A stretch of DNA of 64,000 nt, from positions 140,413 through 204,412 of the forward strand of contig CAWFQB010000007.1 of the NCBI GenBank assembly GCA_963817895.1. The letters run 5' to 3'. A model generated the notes under the pieces. It searched no databases, was not told the origin of the DNA, and saw only the letters and a program-made list of their open reading frames with translations. The DNA comes from an uncultured Chthonomonadaceae bacterium (lineage in GTDB: Bacteria > Armatimonadota > Chthonomonadetes > Chthonomonadales > Chthonomonadaceae). This document shows positions 60,771 to 64,000 of the stretch, piece after piece. Position 1 is the stretch's first letter. Each line of letters opens with the position of its first letter. The position numbers and the translations under genes were made by a program.

Positions 60771-61247
60771 TTACCGCCTCCGCTCGACGAATTTGTAACG
60801 TGTCAGGCCGACCCAGGCATTGCGCGCTATGTCCGGCAACACGATCAGTTCCACAAACGTTTCAACCAGATGGATACGCCCGACCGCAACCGGCAGCGGC
60901 GGCGCGCCCAGACTGGAGAGGATCAGCCGATCCACCAGTTCGGCTATATCGGTAATCTCGGAAGAGTCCTTCGACTGGCTCCACACTTCAGAGGAGTAGA
61001 TAGGATGGCGAACGGAAGAGGAGACGGAGAAGCGTTTGTCGTTCGTCCCCGCATCCGGGCGGAACGTGATGCAGGGATACAGCGCGGTTTCCGCAAAACT
61101 GCTGAAGACGACGGCAGGCTTGTTGTCCTTCTTCGGGTTCGCGGCCAGACGTTCGGCCATCTGCGTCTGGTAGTCTCGAAACTCGCCGGTCAGGACTTCC
61201 GTACCCGTGAAACGCGCATAAAGAGCTTGATTGATGGCGCTGCTCAT
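60771..61247 (-). CDS. Tail completion/terminator protein
   Basis: AINQALYA...YPCIT...EVWS; synteny. Confidence 0.6.
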   Translation of the reverse strand: MSSAINQALYARFTGTEVLTGEFRDYQTQMAERLAANPKKDNKPAVVFSSFAETALYPCITFRPDAGTNDKRFSVSSSVRHPIYSSEVWSQSKDSSEITDIAELVDRLILSSLGAPPLPVAVGRIHLVETFVELIVLPDIARNAWVGLTRYKFVERRR

Positions 61248-61638
61248 AAAGAGGTTGCTCCGCGCTGGAGTTGGAAGTTCTGTACGCGTCCAACGCCCAG
61301 ATGCTTGATGAGAATAGCCTTAATTGCCTCTTCACAGGCTACGAGCATAGGCCATAGCCATGCCCATGTTCCGTCACGCGCCAATTCTAAAAACTTGGAA
61401 TAATCCGTTTCGGTGGAGAGCGTCACGCGAATCAAGTCGGCAGACAATTCCGTAATGCCCGCTTGCGTCGTGGCTTCGGTTTGCCCGCTCTGATTTTGCC
61501 AGGGATGGTTGCGCGGGCATACTCCTGAAGCAGTTCGGCAACCTCTTGCATGGCGGTTTCCGCCGCCTGACGCATTTTCTCGACCGCCTTTTGCAGATTG
61601 GCGTTGACTTCCGCGACGCCCGTAATCTTTACGCTCAT
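61244..61638 (-). CDS. HK97 gp10-like protein (apparent frameshift)
   Basis: MSVKITG..EV; Y..FLE...G...WL.P. Confidence 0.6.
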
Positions 61639-61647
61639 GATGTTCTC

Positions 61648-61872
61648 TCAATCGGCTGAGGGGAAAATGATGGCGAAGGCAACCGACGTAACAAAGGGTT
61701 CCTTCGCCAGGGCTGCCTCGAAACGAGATTGGCTGTAGGCATTAGGATAATAGAACGCGGCTTCTTTACGGAGGCGTTCTTTCGCCTCTTCCAGTGAGGA
61801 AGCCAACGCGATCATGCTGCCCTGATGGTAACTGTCTGCAAAGAGTTCGCGATTCCAGACGTACAGATTCAT
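61648..61872 (-). CDS. Small hypothetical protein
   Basis: MNLYVW start overlapping the upstream stop. Confidence 0.5.
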   Translation of the reverse strand: MNLYVWNRELFADSYHQGSMIALASSLEEAKERLRKEAAFYYPNAYSQSRFEAALAKEPFVTSVAFAIIFPSAD

Positions 61873-62213
61873 GTCACTAACTCCGCATCTACCTGCAACG
61901 ATTCGTCGTAAGGGCGCACCATCTGAGCCACCCATACCGTGCCATCCGGTCGCTTCAAGCGGTCGTTGATTTCCACAGCAGGAGACGTTTCCCATTCCTC
62001 CCGAAAGAGGAACAGGCGCCGCACAACGGTCTCAATGCCCGGTCCCTGCGTGTTGTGCTTGCCCTCTTCTTCGCGGTCCCAACTCTGTTTGCGGTAGAAG
62101 TGGACGGACGCCTGCCACTTGCCGACTTCCTGCCATGTTTCGGTTTCGCCGCCGCCGCCATCGTCGAGAACGCGCTGGCGCAGCAGGGTCACAAGTTCGG
62201 GTTCCATGCTCAT
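61869..62213 (-). CDS. Head closure / head-tail adaptor
   Basis: VTL.R....DGGGG..ETW pattern; synteny. Confidence 0.65.
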   Translation of the reverse strand: MSMEPELVTLLRQRVLDDGGGGETETWQEVGKWQASVHFYRKQSWDREEEGKHNTQGPGIETVVRRLFLFREEWETSPAVEINDRLKRPDGTVWVAQMVRPYDESLQVDAELVT

Positions 62214-62225
62214 GGAAAGCGCCTC

Positions 62226-63278
62226 TTATCCACCGCTCGTAAACGGACGATTGACCACCTGACTGTCGAAGATGGCAAGCGCTTCTTGCGCCTGTTGCAG
62301 CAGACTTTCGTGGCTTTTGCTGTAAACCGATTTTTCATCCCCGGCCGTTCGATCCACCTTCCGCGCCACAACGCGGGCTTCGGCCAGCAGCGCGGTGTAG
62401 CAGGCATACGCCAAAACCGCGTCGCTGTCACTCTCTGGCACACTCTGCGCCGTATGGCAGCCATGGTAATAGAAGTCGAGAGCGCGATTGGAAGAGGGCG
62501 CGGGCGAGACGATTAAGCGGGCCGGCGCATCGTCTACAAATCGGTATTGCGTGTCGCCACAAGCGACGGGAACGCCGAAAGCGCCGGCCACGCCCACGCC
62601 CGAAATGCCATTGCCTGCGCCGAAGTTGGCGCGCTGCGCATATCCTAAGCCCGACAACCGCGCGCTTTGCCGGTACGCGCCGTCGTAGTAGCCGCTCTGG
62701 CGAACCGGACTCTGCCGTTGCCCCGTGGCGAGACTGAAACTCTGCTCGTCTACGCTAATCCAGTCGGTTGGAAGCGCGTAGGTATCCACGCCTGCGAGGA
62801 GTTTCAGGCCCGGCAGGCCAGGCGTCACAAACGCGCCAGCGGCATGATCCGAGGCAAGCGGAGCCGTCAGCGTGAGTTTGAGACAGGTCTGCGCCGCTTC
62901 GTTCTCTCCGATTTCCGCCGTCGCGATACTTTGGATGCCAACGGTTTCCGGCGTAAAGCCGAGTGCGTCCAGCACAAGCGATTGCCCTACCGCCCCTTGT
63001 GGAAACGGCCCGCCCATGATGTAGAGGCTGCTGCCTCCCGCGCCTACAGCTTGCAGCAGGGTTCCAGTTCCCACACGACGCAACGCAGGACGGTAGCGGC
63101 TGTACGCTTGCAGCGCGCTCACCAGGGCGGTTTGCAGGTCGGGATCTTCTCCCGGCAAGGCGTTGGTCGGCACGCGCAGACTGCGCAACAGTTGGGCAAA
63201 GAAGCGCGTTTGATTCACCGGAAGCCTCCCCGTAGGCGCGAGTTTGCGCGTGTTGAGTTTTTGCGCAAAATCTGGCAA
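62226..63278 (-). CDS. Probable head-tail connector with inserted domain
   Basis: Synteny after the capsid; AL..YSR.RP and helical C-terminus. Confidence 0.45.
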   Translation of the reverse strand: MPDFAQKLNTRKLAPTGRLPVNQTRFFAQLLRSLRVPTNALPGEDPDLQTALVSALQAYSRYRPALRRVGTGTLLQAVGAGGSSLYIMGGPFPQGAVGQSLVLDALGFTPETVGIQSIATAEIGENEAAQTCLKLTLTAPLASDHAAGAFVTPGLPGLKLLAGVDTYALPTDWISVDEQSFSLATGQRQSPVRQSGYYDGAYRQSARLSGLGYAQRANFGAGNGISGVGVAGAFGVPVACGDTQYRFVDDAPARLIVSPAPSSNRALDFYYHGCHTAQSVPESDSDAVLAYACYTALLAEARVVARKVDRTAGDEKSVYSKSHESLLQQAQEALAIFDSQVVNRPFTSGG

Positions 63279-63280
63279 TG

Positions 63281-63327
63281 CCTGCTTGTTGCCTCGTTAT
63301 CGTTTGAATCACGAGGCAACAAGCAGG
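63281..63327 (-). terminator. Terminator hairpin after the capsid gene
   Basis: cctgcttgttgcctcgt...acgaggcaacaagcagg. Confidence 0.7.
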
Positions 63328-63339
63328 CGTTTGGAGGGC

Positions 63340-64000
63340 TTATCGCATCAGAATGGCGCGGCTGACAGGGTTGTCCACGTTGCCGTTCTGGTCGATATGC
63401 TGCACGGTTCCGATCACGCTGATCTCCGCGCCGTAGTAGCCTTCCATGTCGATCAGGTTGCCGGTCGTCGGATCGTAGCGCGGGAACGGCCCCTGCGTCG
63501 CGAACGGGATTGTCGACGCCATAGCGGGTCGATTGACGGCGTGACACATGGATGCGGTTCTGATAGGCATTCCAGGGCGTGTTGTGCCGCGCCATGTCCA
63601 CGCCGAAACGTCGGGCGAAGAAGTCCTCGGTCGGGAACAGCTCGCAGTCCTTGACTTCGTTGAGCGTCGTAGAACTGGCTGGCGTCCATGATGTTGGTGG
63701 CGACGTTCAGATCCATCAGGGCGAAGTCGGGCTTGACGTACCGGCCCGCGCTGCCCATGAACGCCGCCGTTTTGTCGAGCTGGCGCAGCAGGCCGTTCAG
63801 GTACGTTTCCAGCGGAACGCCTGCGGGCAGACTGACGTTGTTGATCTGGAAGTTATCGTAATTGGTGGCATACGAGTACGAGGCCGTGACCGCTGTGGTA
63901 ATCAGCCCGCCCGCGCCTGCTACCCCGCTGACAAACAGCAGGACGCCGTTGTTGTAGTCCACCGCGTAGGTCGCCGTCTGGCCCGAAGGCAGCGCGGTAA
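63340..64000 (-). CDS. Probable major capsid protein C-terminus (partial, frameshifted)
   Basis: Synteny, strong downstream hairpin, KPDFALM. Confidence 0.45.

Larger units (their letters stand above)
30662..64000. mobile_element. Siphovirus-like prophage integrated in radC (continues beyond the window)
   Basis: Tape measure, Dit, tail chaperone, head-tail genes, CHAP lysin, phage MTases, early small genes. Confidence 0.85.

Noticed and set aside
60062..64000. Prophage decay inferred from broken tail and capsid genes
   Set aside because: The same indel pattern affects host housekeeping genes, so defectiveness cannot be concluded

Overview
The left half (1 to ~30.2 kb) is host chromosome. 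It carries rhlE, DUF72, a GT39-like glycosyltransferase, a DUF1549/DUF1553 cytochrome, ArsR-DUF2087, an HPS/KGPDC-family enzyme, sucC, TetR, an ECF sigma factor, tatD, rsfS, nadD, a PIG-L deacetylase, tRNA-Ser(GGA) and mtaB. The gene content suggests an Armatimonadota- or PVC-like bacterium (inference). This half is full of short-tandem-repeat palindromic elements (7-, 9- and 10-mer units); several sit in frame inside proteins and several bracket single accessory genes. From ~30.66 kb to the window end is a siphovirus-like prophage that interrupts radC at its KGIG motif. In order it holds an HTH-ImmA/IrrE module, early small genes with a repeated 18-bp operator, a cargo block (BcgI-like type IIB RM between duplicated sigma54 promoters, a PEP-CTERM protein, two orphan DNA MTases), lysis genes, tail genes (with a -1 frameshifting chaperone and a tape measure) and head-tail/capsid genes. 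No integrase is visible in the window. Many single-base frameshifts, including in nadD and rsfS, look like consensus sequencing errors. All family assignments come from motif recognition by eye, not database searches.
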